DNA of 40,632 bases from Candidatus Heimdallarchaeota archaeon. Its GTDB lineage: Archaea > Asgardarchaeota > Heimdallarchaeia > Heimdallarchaeales > Heimdallarchaeaceae. A model generated the notes under the pieces. The model was not told where the DNA came from. It was given only the letters and a program-made list of their open reading frames with translations, and did no database searches. Position 1 is the first letter of the stretch, and the number at the start of each line of letters is the position of its first letter. The stretch is from the NCBI GenBank assembly GCA_030668825.1, contig DAOVET010000017.1:1-40632 (forward strand), read 5' to 3'. Of the stretch, positions 33,617 through 40,632 are shown in pieces. A program made the translations under genes and the position numbers.

Positions 33617-34021
33617 CTAACGGTAGGATTTTTGGAATCTTGATCGAGAACTTCTTCCACCAAAATGTTTGGGTTCAGTTCTTCTTGGATCACCTGAGAC
33701 GATTGTTTTATCATAAACAGTAAATTTTTCCTTCATTGTTAAATCATCATAATATTCTATCAATCCTCTTGCAATAGCAGTTCGGATTGCTTCAGCTTGA
33801 CCCATAAATCCTCCTCCCCTTACATTGACTCTTATGTCAATTGATTCTCGTACTTCCTCTCCTGCAATAATGAAAATCTCGCTAATTTTTATTTTACTTA
33901 ATTCATTTGGTAAGACTTCTAAAGGCACTCCATTAATTCTAATTCTGCCTTTGCCTTCTTTTATAGTAGCTCGAGCAATAGCTGTTTTTCTTTTTCCTGA
34001 AGATACAATTACTTTACCCAT
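33617..34021 (-). CDS. rps9: 30S ribosomal protein S9
   Basis: GKRKTAIARA, GGGFMGQAEA, C-terminal QKSYR; ATG 34021 follows AGGTGA. Confidence 0.98.
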   Translation of the reverse strand: MGKVIVSSGKRKTAIARATIKEGKGRIRINGVPLEVLPNELSKIKISEIFIIAGEEVRESIDIRVNVRGGGFMGQAEAIRTAIARGLIEYYDDLTMKEKFTVYDKTIVSGDPRRTEPKHFGGRSSRSRFQKSYR

Positions 34022-34034
34022 ATTCATCACCTAT

Positions 34035-34505
34035 TTATTCATTCCACCCAAATTCTTTACATAATTCACCAATGGTTATTTTCTTGCATGTTAGTTTGCT
34101 TGCATCTGCAAACTTAGGTTTAATCATTTCACTATCAGTAAACTCTTCTGGAACTCCAACGTATGTTAGTAATCTATGATATGCTTGCCTTCCCCTACTT
34201 TTCTTCCAAGGCAACATACCTCTAACTGTTCTCCTAACCAAACGATCTGGTCTTTTTGGGTGAAATGGACCACGTCTAGGATTAGTATGTGTATGTATCT
34301 GTTGCATATCTCTATATTCTCTTAAAATTGAATGCTTTTTACCAGAAATAACAGCTTTTTCACAATTTAGTATATTTACAGTATAACCTTCCAGCAAATA
34401 TTTGGCTACCTCTGTAGATAATCTTCCTAAAATTGCATTATCTGCATCAATATTAATTTTGGTAACTGAAATTTGAGTTCCAGTTGTTGTTGTGTTTTTT
34501 GCCAT
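34035..34505 (-). CDS. rpl13: 50S ribosomal protein L13
   Basis: ILGRL, RGPFHPKRPD, RTVRGMLP. Confidence 0.98.
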   Translation of the reverse strand: MAKNTTTTGTQISVTKINIDADNAILGRLSTEVAKYLLEGYTVNILNCEKAVISGKKHSILREYRDMQQIHTHTNPRRGPFHPKRPDRLVRRTVRGMLPWKKSRGRQAYHRLLTYVGVPEEFTDSEMIKPKFADASKLTCKKITIGELCKEFGWNE

Positions 34506-34517
34506 TTTTCACACCAA

Positions 34518-34883
34518 TTATACTATAATCTTAATTTTACTAACCTCTTGTTTTGATTCCAATAACTCATCAATGGTTATGTGTTTGCTTTTACTGGCTT
34601 TAATTTTCTCTTTTGCTCCCTCTGAGAATTTCAGAGCCGCAATTGTAACTTGATGGTTTAAGTATCCGGCACTTAGAACAGAACCGGGAACAACGATTAT
34701 ATCATTTTCTTTAGAATAACGACTGATCTTACTGAGATTGACTGTAGCTCTCTTTCTTCGAGGTCTTTCTATTTTGTCTGCTACAGTTTTCCATAATGCT
34801 GCTTGTGTTTCTGCAGTTTTCTTTTTTAATTTATGAATAAGTTCAAGTACATTTGGATCAGTAGTTCCTGTTCTTCTAGGCAT
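34518..34883 (-). CDS. rpl18e: 50S ribosomal protein L18e
   Basis: WKTVADKIERPRR, VNLSKISR, VVPGSVL, FSEGAKEKI. Confidence 0.97.
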   Translation of the reverse strand: MPRRTGTTDPNVLELIHKLKKKTAETQAALWKTVADKIERPRRKRATVNLSKISRYSKENDIIVVPGSVLSAGYLNHQVTIAALKFSEGAKEKIKASKSKHITIDELLESKQEVSKIKIIV

Positions 34884-34894
34884 TTTAGTTCACT

Positions 34895-35725
34895 TTATGA
34901 TTCTTTTTCCTCTGCCAATGTTGATTCAAGAGTCTTTTTGAATTCGTCGATTTTTGCGAGAATTAACTCACCAGATTTTGTTAATGTTGTTGAAGGATCT
35001 AAACCTCCATTAGTTTCAAAGGAAAAAATGACTTTTGTAGAATCTTTGCCGATTGTTATTGCATTTGGTTCGCAAACTTCAAGACAGTAATCACACAAAG
35101 TGCAATTTAAAGGATTAGCAATTTGGACTTTATCACCAGTCTTTTGGTAAACTCCCCTATAACATGCGTCTATACATGCTAAACAATTAGTACATTTTTC
35201 CTTATCTATAGTTGGGATTGGAAATGCTTGGTAACCCATGGCAGAGACAGGTTGCCATTTTGCATGTTCTTTTCCTTTGCCAAGTTGTGCCATACACTCT
35301 AGTTCCAGAGCTTGATTTGGTCCCAATTTTACAATTGGAATCACAGAACTTATAGGTTCAACTCCAGCCTGAGTTGAAATTAAATCCGAACTATAAACAA
35401 CAGTAGATGTTTGAGCATCTGTTTCTTTTGAGAGTGTTAATGTCACAGTGCATAAATTACAACCAATCCCTCCACAATCACATTCATCTCTGAAGTTTAA
35501 CTCCAAAGCATCAATGTCGAATTTTAAAGGAATTAATCCCAGTCTATGAGCTATGAACTCATCAAAAAGGGGTGATGTGTTTTTCAAAACATATACATCT
35601 TCAATTGTCAATGATGGCACTTCAGCTAATGCTGTTCTTCTAATTGTGTTAGCAAACGCTAATGTCACATCTGACAATATGAATTTTATTGAATTAGGAA
35701 ATAACTCTATAAGTTCTATATCCAT
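34895..35725 (-). CDS. rpo3: DNA-directed RNA polymerase subunit Rpo3 (D) with ferredoxin-like insert
   Basis: ANTIRR, NTSPLFDEFIAHRLGLIPL, GKGKEHAKWQP and two CxxCxxCxxxC motifs. ATG 35725 preferred. Confidence 0.97.
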   Translation of the reverse strand: MDIELIELFPNSIKFILSDVTLAFANTIRRTALAEVPSLTIEDVYVLKNTSPLFDEFIAHRLGLIPLKFDIDALELNFRDECDCGGIGCNLCTVTLTLSKETDAQTSTVVYSSDLISTQAGVEPISSVIPIVKLGPNQALELECMAQLGKGKEHAKWQPVSAMGYQAFPIPTIDKEKCTNCLACIDACYRGVYQKTGDKVQIANPLNCTLCDYCLEVCEPNAITIGKDSTKVIFSFETNGGLDPSTTLTKSGELILAKIDEFKKTLESTLAEEKES

Positions 35726-35895
35726 AGACGCACCCGGCAAAGGATTCTATATCCGACCCAATGATGATACTAAAAAAGGTTTTCCATCTTCAAGTTATTT
35801 AAACATCAACCAAAAGCATGTGAAAAAGTACTCAAGATGTTTAAAATCAGTTTTGTGGAGTTTAAATATTGTCCTTTATACAAATAATGAGAATT

Positions 35896-36072
35896 ATGTT
35901 AATGCTATTACAAGGGATAAAAGGTCTGATTTTCAAGAAGAAAAGAGGATCGCCTATATTAGAAGAAATTCTTTTGATAGGTGTCGCCATATTGATTTTT
36001 GCCATAATCTTTGGAATCATTTTCAGCTTGATTGACTGGTCAACAACCTCTTTTGATGATCTGTTTGGTTAA
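35896..36072 (+). CDS. Short type IV pilin-like protein (class III signal peptide)
   Basis: KKKRG/SPILEEILLIGVAILIFAIIFGII: basic residues, Gly at -1, Glu at +5, then a hydrophobic helix. TTTAAATA box at 35861-35868. Confidence 0.75.
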   Translation: MLMLLQGIKGLIFKKKRGSPILEEILLIGVAILIFAIIFGIIFSLIDWSTTSFDDLFG

Positions 36073-36081
36073 AATAGAAGC

Positions 36082-36166
36082 TGGTGCGGAGAGGGAGATT
36101 CGAACTCCCGGACCACTAAGGACTAGATCCTCATTCTAGCGCCTTTGACCACTCGGCAATCTCCGC
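36082..36166 (-). tRNA. tRNA-Leu(GAG)
   Basis: Minus strand reads GCGGAGA...CTAGA-ATGAGGA-TCTAG, long variable arm, T arm, TCTCCGC-A-CCA; 85 nt. Confidence 0.96.
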
Positions 36167-36276
36167 AAAGGTATGTATTAGACCGAGCCTACTGATTTTT
36201 AACTTTATCGGCATATGATTTTTAGTGTCCCAATCCCTCTTTGAAACAAAACTACAAGCAAAACTACGCTGGGAAA

Positions 36277-36312
36277 ATCTTACCACGTAAAATTAAATTT
36301 CTGTGGTAAGAT
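36277..36312. repeat. Conserved palindromic element, copy 2
   Basis: ATCTTACCAC-GTAAAATTAAATTTCT-GTGGTAAGAT. Confidence 0.93.
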
Positions 36313-36374
36313 AAATTGCGCTTACTGGGAGCACCTGAAAAAAACTCTGAAAGAGATAGGGGTAATTTGATGAT

Positions 36375-37949
36375 TTACAGCATCTTTCTAATTGTATCGT
36401 TTCCTTGCATTGTTAGATAATCTGACAATTTATACTCCAGTCTACTAAATCCATACTGTCTGCATTTCTTTATAGCCATGTATTGTAGAGCTGGTCCCAA
36501 TGAATCTCCATTCTTGTAGGCCCCTACTTGGATGAAAGCTTCCATGAAAACGCGCATTTCAAGCACTTCTATCTTATGAAGTTGATTTTCATACTTTCTT
36601 AGTAGTGGGGAGATTTCTGCAAACCGGTTGATTTTATAATATTCTTGAGCCGCAAGTAAGTCAGCAAAAGCTTTCTCGGTAAATGTCATTCTGTCTTCTA
36701 CAGGTCTTCTTTTTAGTTTAGAAGTATAATGCATAACTTCATTTTCATCAATAGTTGTTGTTTTTTCGATAAGGAAATTTATGATGTGTTCTACTCTTTT
36801 TGTGCTCGGATTATTTAAGTTTCTTATTTCAATCAGCTGCTCTTTGGTAAGGTTAGCATTCAAAAGAAATTCACAAAAGATTATTGCATTACTTTGAAAT
36901 CTTCTAACATTATCAAATATAGTTTGTACCAACACTTGAAAATCTTCGATTCGAAAGTTTTGTATTCTTGAAAAAATATAGAATTTTGTTAGATTAAAAA
37001 TGTGTTTCATTTGTTCTTTACTGAAAGAATCTAGATTTCTTGTAGCAATTCCTTCTTCAATTAATTCATCTACTTCTTTCATTTGTTTGTGAGCAGATTC
37101 AAGTTCTCCTTGAAGTGCATAAGTTGAAGCTAAGTAAGAGAGGGCTGTTATGTAGTAACCTGAGTAAATACTCTTATTGTATATGGGTCTCAAAATAGCT
37201 TGAGACTCTAGTAAATGCTTTTTTGCTTCATCGAGGTTTAAATTAAGCTCGTGGCCAATACCTATGAAGTAATGAATCATTGACTGGATTTCTTTAGGCG
37301 CTTTAAGCAAAAGTTCTCTTCCACTGAGAATTTTTCGAATTAATTTCATCATTCTTTCTTTATTTTGTGTTTGCATATAAATTATGATTAAAATACCTAA
37401 AGCCATTGCAAAACCGTGATAATAATAATTCAAATGGAAATATTCAGCAGAATTTTCCAAAATACTCACAACACTAAAATCTCTACAGGATAACCACTTA
37501 CTTACAGCATAGGAGTAATTACACATGTTGTAAGCATATGAATCTGCTTGTATTGAATTTCTAAGAAGTTCTACAGCTTGGCTAAACTCATAGTTGCTTC
37601 TTTCTCTATTTCCTTTCAGCAATTCAATGTATCCTTTGATTTGAAAAGACAGTGCTAAACCTTCGATGTAGTTAATTTTTGTTGCAATTTGACTCATTTC
37701 TTCTAAAAGCTCTTCTACTAATGGTAAATTTTCTTTAAAATGGTACAGTTGTTTGATTTTGAGTTCATATAGATCCACTACGAGTTTTAAGTCAGATGAA
37801 GATTTACTATACTCTAAAACACCATCTACAAGTTCTAGAACATCTTTTGATTTTTCATTAGCACATAGAATGCGTAATTCATTGATTATTAAGGGTAAAT
37901 TAGTTTCTTTCAGTTTTTCTCCAAACAATTTTCTTAATTCTTCTTTCAA
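36375..37949 (-). CDS. All-helical TPR-like (alpha-solenoid) protein of unknown function
   Basis: TPR-like helix pairs, e.g. GLALSFQIKGYIELLKGNRERSNYEFSQAVEL, IHYFIGIGHELNLNLDEAKKHLLESQAI and ALSYLASTYALQGELESAHKQMKEV. TTG start with GAGTGA SD and a TTTATAAA box upstream. Confidence 0.75.
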   Translation of the reverse strand: MKEELRKLFGEKLKETNLPLIINELRILCANEKSKDVLELVDGVLEYSKSSSDLKLVVDLYELKIKQLYHFKENLPLVEELLEEMSQIATKINYIEGLALSFQIKGYIELLKGNRERSNYEFSQAVELLRNSIQADSYAYNMCNYSYAVSKWLSCRDFSVVSILENSAEYFHLNYYYHGFAMALGILIIIYMQTQNKERMMKLIRKILSGRELLLKAPKEIQSMIHYFIGIGHELNLNLDEAKKHLLESQAILRPIYNKSIYSGYYITALSYLASTYALQGELESAHKQMKEVDELIEEGIATRNLDSFSKEQMKHIFNLTKFYIFSRIQNFRIEDFQVLVQTIFDNVRRFQSNAIIFCEFLLNANLTKEQLIEIRNLNNPSTKRVEHIINFLIEKTTTIDENEVMHYTSKLKRRPVEDRMTFTEKAFADLLAAQEYYKINRFAEISPLLRKYENQLHKIEVLEMRVFMEAFIQVGAYKNGDSLGPALQYMAIKKCRQYGFSRLEYKLSDYLTMQGNDTIRKML

Positions 37950-38049
37950 TATTACTCACTCGCACTCTAATCTTTAAATTCATTTATAAACCGTGATAAT
38001 ACTTAAAAGGAAAATCTAAGAAAAAAGAATAAGGAAAAAGGAGAGGATG

Positions 38050-38124
38050 TTAGTTTGGCATCCATGCAGGAGGTAGTATTGAATCATCTCCTTCGTCAGG
38101 GTCGTATTTTTGTTCGTACATCAT
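38050..38124 (-). CDS. Micro-peptide A, 24 aa: MMYEQKYDPDEGDDSILPPAWMPN
   Basis: ATG..TAA with SD-like GAGTTGA, a TTTTAATA box at 38167-38174 and a T-rich tract downstream. Paralog at 38518-38589 shows synonymous and conservative changes. Confidence 0.8.
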   Translation of the reverse strand: MMYEQKYDPDEGDDSILPPAWMPN

Positions 38125-38220
38125 GTTTCAACTCTTGGAAAGGTTACTCTAATAGTGGAATGAAACTATTAAAACACCCAAAAGAAAAATGTGACAATAA
38201 AAGAGAAAGAAAAAGGAAGT

Positions 38221-38292
38221 CTAACATCTAAAGCTATCAAGCAGATGGCAATATTCCATCGTCTCTTCAATAAAATCATATTGACTTTTCAT
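38221..38292 (-). pseudogene. Micro-peptide B: MKSQYDFIEETMEYCHLLDSFRC as read; apparently a 1-nt-deletion relative of A/C (shifted frame DDGILPSA*)
   Basis: Perfect SD AGGTGA 6 nt before the ATG. GAA G-A GAC GAT GGA ATA TTG CCA TCT GCT TGA aligns to A's GAA GGA GAT GAT TCA ATA CTA CCT CCT GCA TGG. Confidence 0.6.
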
Positions 38293-38388
38293 TGTTAATC
38301 ACCTAGAATTCTTGTTTAAGGATGACAAACAGGGGAATGAATTACATACTTTTCTAGATTTAAATCGCCAACGAAAATGAGCTGGAAA

Positions 38389-38424
38389 ATCTTACCACGT
38401 AAATTTAATTTTGTGTGGTAAGAT
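38389..38424. repeat. Conserved palindromic element, copy 3
   Basis: ATCTTACCAC-GTAAATTTAATTTTGT-GTGGTAAGAT, with outer arms AAAATGA (38374-38380) and TCATTTT (38433-38439). Confidence 0.93.
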
Positions 38425-38517
38425 AAACCTCGTCATTTTGCGAACTGGATAAATTTCCAAAAAAAGAATGGAACAATTAAATGAAATAAAAATAAAAAAT
38501 AAGTAGAAAATTCTACA

Positions 38518-38589
38518 TTAGGGGAGCCATAATGGGGGAGTTATGCTTTCATCTCCATCTTCTGGGTCGTATTTTTGTTCGTACATCAT
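38518..38589 (-). CDS. Micro-peptide C, 23 aa: MMYEQKYDPEDGDESITPPLWLP
   Basis: ATG..TAA with the same RBS as A, TTTATGTA at an equivalent distance (38634-38641) and a T-rich tract downstream. Confidence 0.8.
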   Translation of the reverse strand: MMYEQKYDPEDGDESITPPLWLP

Positions 38590-38862
38590 GTTTCAACTCT
38601 TTGGAAAGCACTATAATATTACAAGAAAGAACATACATAAACACAAGAAGAAAAGACTGACAGGTAAGAAACAGAAATAATTTACTTTTTTATATTCAAC
38701 ACTTACAGATATTTTTGATTTTAGCTTTGTTTCTAAAACTGTATTTTAAACCAAACAAAACCCCGTATAGGAAAAAGAACGTTTTTCAACAAAAGTTCAC
38801 TTTCAGAGATGTCTCTCTATTAAGTATAAATAGTAAATTCCCTTGACTATCTTAGAGACGAT

Positions 38863-40086
38863 ATGATGCACTCATCAGATGAAGAATATTTTAATTCGCT
38901 AATCAAAAAACCAACTGTATTCAAAAACATTGGTTGTTTGTCTGTTACATATACCCCTCCATATCTTCCACACAGGGAGGAAGAACTCAGGACTTTAGCT
39001 AAATACTTCAAAACAATTTTTGAAGAACAAGATGAACCATTGAGAAAAATTTGTATAACTGGACCAACAGGATCTGGAAAAACAACCCTCGCAAAACGGT
39101 TTGGTCAGCTTTTGGAAAATATAGACAAAAACAAGAATTTTTTGCTTGTCTACATTAATTGTAGAATTTACAAAAGTCCTTATCTCATTATTAGTACTCT
39201 TGCAAGGAAACTAAATAAGGCAATTCCTCCAAGAGGTTACTCCTTTGAAGAATTACAATCACTTCTCATTAGATTGCTTGATTTTTATTCTCCAAAGGTT
39301 CTGTTAGTTTTAGATGAGATCGATTATCTTATATCTAGAGTAGGCACAGATTTCCTTTACACTCTACTTAGAATTAGTGAAATGACAACTAAACAATGGA
39401 TTTCATATATTTTCATAGCAAGAAACCTGAATTTTATCCATCAACTAGATGCAAGTACTCAAAGCAGTTTTCAATCTAATCACATTTCCTTGGATCGATA
39501 CTCTGAAACTGATTTAAAAGACATTATTAAATCCCGATCAGAGCTAGCCTTTTATGATAGTACCATAACCGAAGACTCCGTTGAACTTATTGCGGATATA
39601 TCAAGTAAATCAGGAGATGCGAGATATGCAATAGAAATACTTTGGGGGGCAGGGCAATGCGCTGACGATGAGAGTTCTCCCATAGTTTATCCTGATCATG
39701 TAAGAAAAGCAAAAGCTTTGATTCACCCAGAAATAAGAAGAGAAGTAATTTTAACATTAACCTTGCATCAGAAATTGATACTGCTTGCGATTATAAGAAA
39801 ACTAAAACACACAAAAAACGCATATATCTCAACAAATGATGCAATTAGCTCTTATAGATTAGCTTGTGAGGAATATGAAGAGGAACCTAGACGGCATACT
39901 CAAATCTGGTCATATCTGAAAGAATTATCAAAACAAGATGTAATCAGTACAAAAATCTCAGGGGAAGGAATGCGTGGTAAAACTACACTAATCAGTATAC
40001 CAGACATATCAGTAGAAACTATAGAACTCTTTCTGATGAAGTCAATCGAAAATCAAAAGAAAACAGTAGAATATGCTGAAAAATAG
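38863..40086 (+). CDS. cdc6: Orc1/Cdc6 replication initiator
   Basis: YTPPYLPHREEE, Walker A GPTGSGKT, YINC, Walker B LDEID, sensor-2 GDARYAI and C-terminal WH with GMRGKTT. Confidence 0.97.
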   Translation: MMHSSDEEYFNSLIKKPTVFKNIGCLSVTYTPPYLPHREEELRTLAKYFKTIFEEQDEPLRKICITGPTGSGKTTLAKRFGQLLENIDKNKNFLLVYINCRIYKSPYLIISTLARKLNKAIPPRGYSFEELQSLLIRLLDFYSPKVLLVLDEIDYLISRVGTDFLYTLLRISEMTTKQWISYIFIARNLNFIHQLDASTQSSFQSNHISLDRYSETDLKDIIKSRSELAFYDSTITEDSVELIADISSKSGDARYAIEILWGAGQCADDESSPIVYPDHVRKAKALIHPEIRREVILTLTLHQKLILLAIIRKLKHTKNAYISTNDAISSYRLACEEYEEEPRRHTQIWSYLKELSKQDVISTKISGEGMRGKTTLISIPDISVETIELFLMKSIENQKKTVEYAEK

Positions 40087-40096
40087 GGGGAAAACA

Positions 40097-40396
40097 ATGA
40101 CAAAGGAAAGCGATAGAGAGATACAGCTTAAAATACCATTAGAAGATGTTTTCTCCTCAAGAGGAAGGGTAAGAATTCTAAAGTTATTAGCTGAATTAGG
40201 TGAATTAAACATTTCTGCGATATCACGAAGTATAAATCTCAATCATTCTGCAGTAAAAGGGCATTTAAAATATCTAACAGATGTAGGATTGATAAAGGAA
40301 AAGAGATTTGGTAGAATCTTAATATATCAATTCAAAGATAATAACATCTTGGCTCATTCTTTGAAACAATTATTCAAAATATGGGGAGAGAACTAA
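40097..40396 (+). CDS. ArsR-like winged-helix protein, co-oriented with cdc6
   Basis: FSSRGRVRILKLL..GELNISAI...LNHSAVKGHLKYL...GLI.EKRFGR; ATG 40097 follows GGGGG. Confidence 0.85.
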   Translation: MTKESDREIQLKIPLEDVFSSRGRVRILKLLAELGELNISAISRSINLNHSAVKGHLKYLTDVGLIKEKRFGRILIYQFKDNNILAHSLKQLFKIWGEN

Positions 40397-40404
40397 AAAA
40401 TTGT

Positions 40405-40482
40405 TGGTGCCTCGACCGGGATTTGAACCCGGGTCTGCGGAGTGAGAGTCCGCAATGATTGGCCAAGCTACACCATCGAGGC
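40405..40482 (-). tRNA. tRNA-Glu(CTC)
   Basis: Minus strand reads GCCTCGA...GCGGA-CTCTCAC-TCCGC...CCGGG-TTCAAAT-CCCGG-TCGAGGC-A-CCA. Confidence 0.96.
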
Positions 40483-40570
40483 CGTAATATACTGAAAATC
40501 ATTATGCTTTTTAATTTTTCTTCTTAATACACTAGGTTTTTAATTGTAACTAATTAAGGCTTCATGAGAA

Positions 40571-40632
40571 ATGAAGAGATATGCTGTACGTGTATTTTAC
40601 GAAGGTAAAGGATATTATGGTTATCAGAGGCA
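40571..40632 (+). CDS. truA: tRNA pseudouridine(38-40) synthase, 5' fragment (runs off window)
   Basis: MKRYAVRVFYEGKGYYGYQR matches the TruA N-terminal YxGxxFxGxQxQ pattern. Confidence 0.75.
   Translation, partial: MKRYAVRVFYEGKGYYGYQR

Larger units (their letters stand above)
38099..38601. repeat. 38 bp identical direct repeat (38099-38136 and 38564-38601) covering the RBS and N-terminal codons of micro-peptides A and C
   Basis: GGGTCGTATTTTTGTTCGTACATCATGTTTCAACTCTT in both copies, continuing (T)GGAAAG. Confidence 0.92.

Noticed and set aside
35553-36035. 160 aa + strand ORF
   Set aside because: Overlaps rpo3 antisense and the pilin gene in another frame; no recognisable features.
36232-36253. 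ORB-like TCCCTCTTTGAAACAAAAC
   Set aside because: Wrong spacing, no G-string and a single copy.
38050-38589. Microviridin/graspetide precursor (QKYDPD resembles KYPSD)
   Set aside because: Lacks the TxKYPSD Thr/Ser residues and the PFFARFL leader, and no ATP-grasp ligase is in the window; kept only as a weak alternative.
38050-38601. CRISPR array interpretation of the 38 bp direct repeat or the 36 bp palindromes
   Set aside because: Only 2-3 copies, spaced hundreds to thousands of bp apart, with no cas genes; the direct repeat is explained by duplicated peptide genes.

Overview
A low-GC archaeal chromosome segment, most likely from an Asgard archaeon of the Heimdallarchaeia type. This is inferred from the unsplit Rpo2, split Rpo1, L30e/L18e, a GKHGH-type eIF5A, bacterial/eukaryote-type GlyA plus FolD, and PAC2- and PAC4-like chaperones. 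Most of the window is core information-processing genes: RNA polymerase Rpo2/Rpo1N/Rpo1C/Rpo3, NusA, nine ribosomal proteins, eIF5A, Nob1, Nog1, an NSUN6-like methylase, RtcA, TrpRS, Orc1/Cdc6, partial TruA, and four intron-less CCA-encoding tRNAs. The classical rpo and ribosomal-protein operons are visibly broken up. The most striking unexplained element is a ~2.4 kb accessory module between tRNA-Leu(GAG) and cdc6. It holds three tandem, apparently separately transcribed 23-24 aa micro-ORFs missed by the ORF track (MMYEQKYDPEDGDESITPPLWLP, a frameshifted relative, and MMYEQKYDPDEGDDSILPPAWMPN) directly upstream of a 524 aa TPR-like helical protein. The module is interspersed with a strictly conserved palindrome, ATCTTACCAC-N16-GTGGTAAGAT. 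A third copy of the palindrome follows a UbiD gene that has an abrupt pyrimidine-to-purine skew switch and lies beside the other tRNA-Leu. All calls come from motif reading by eye; no searches were run.
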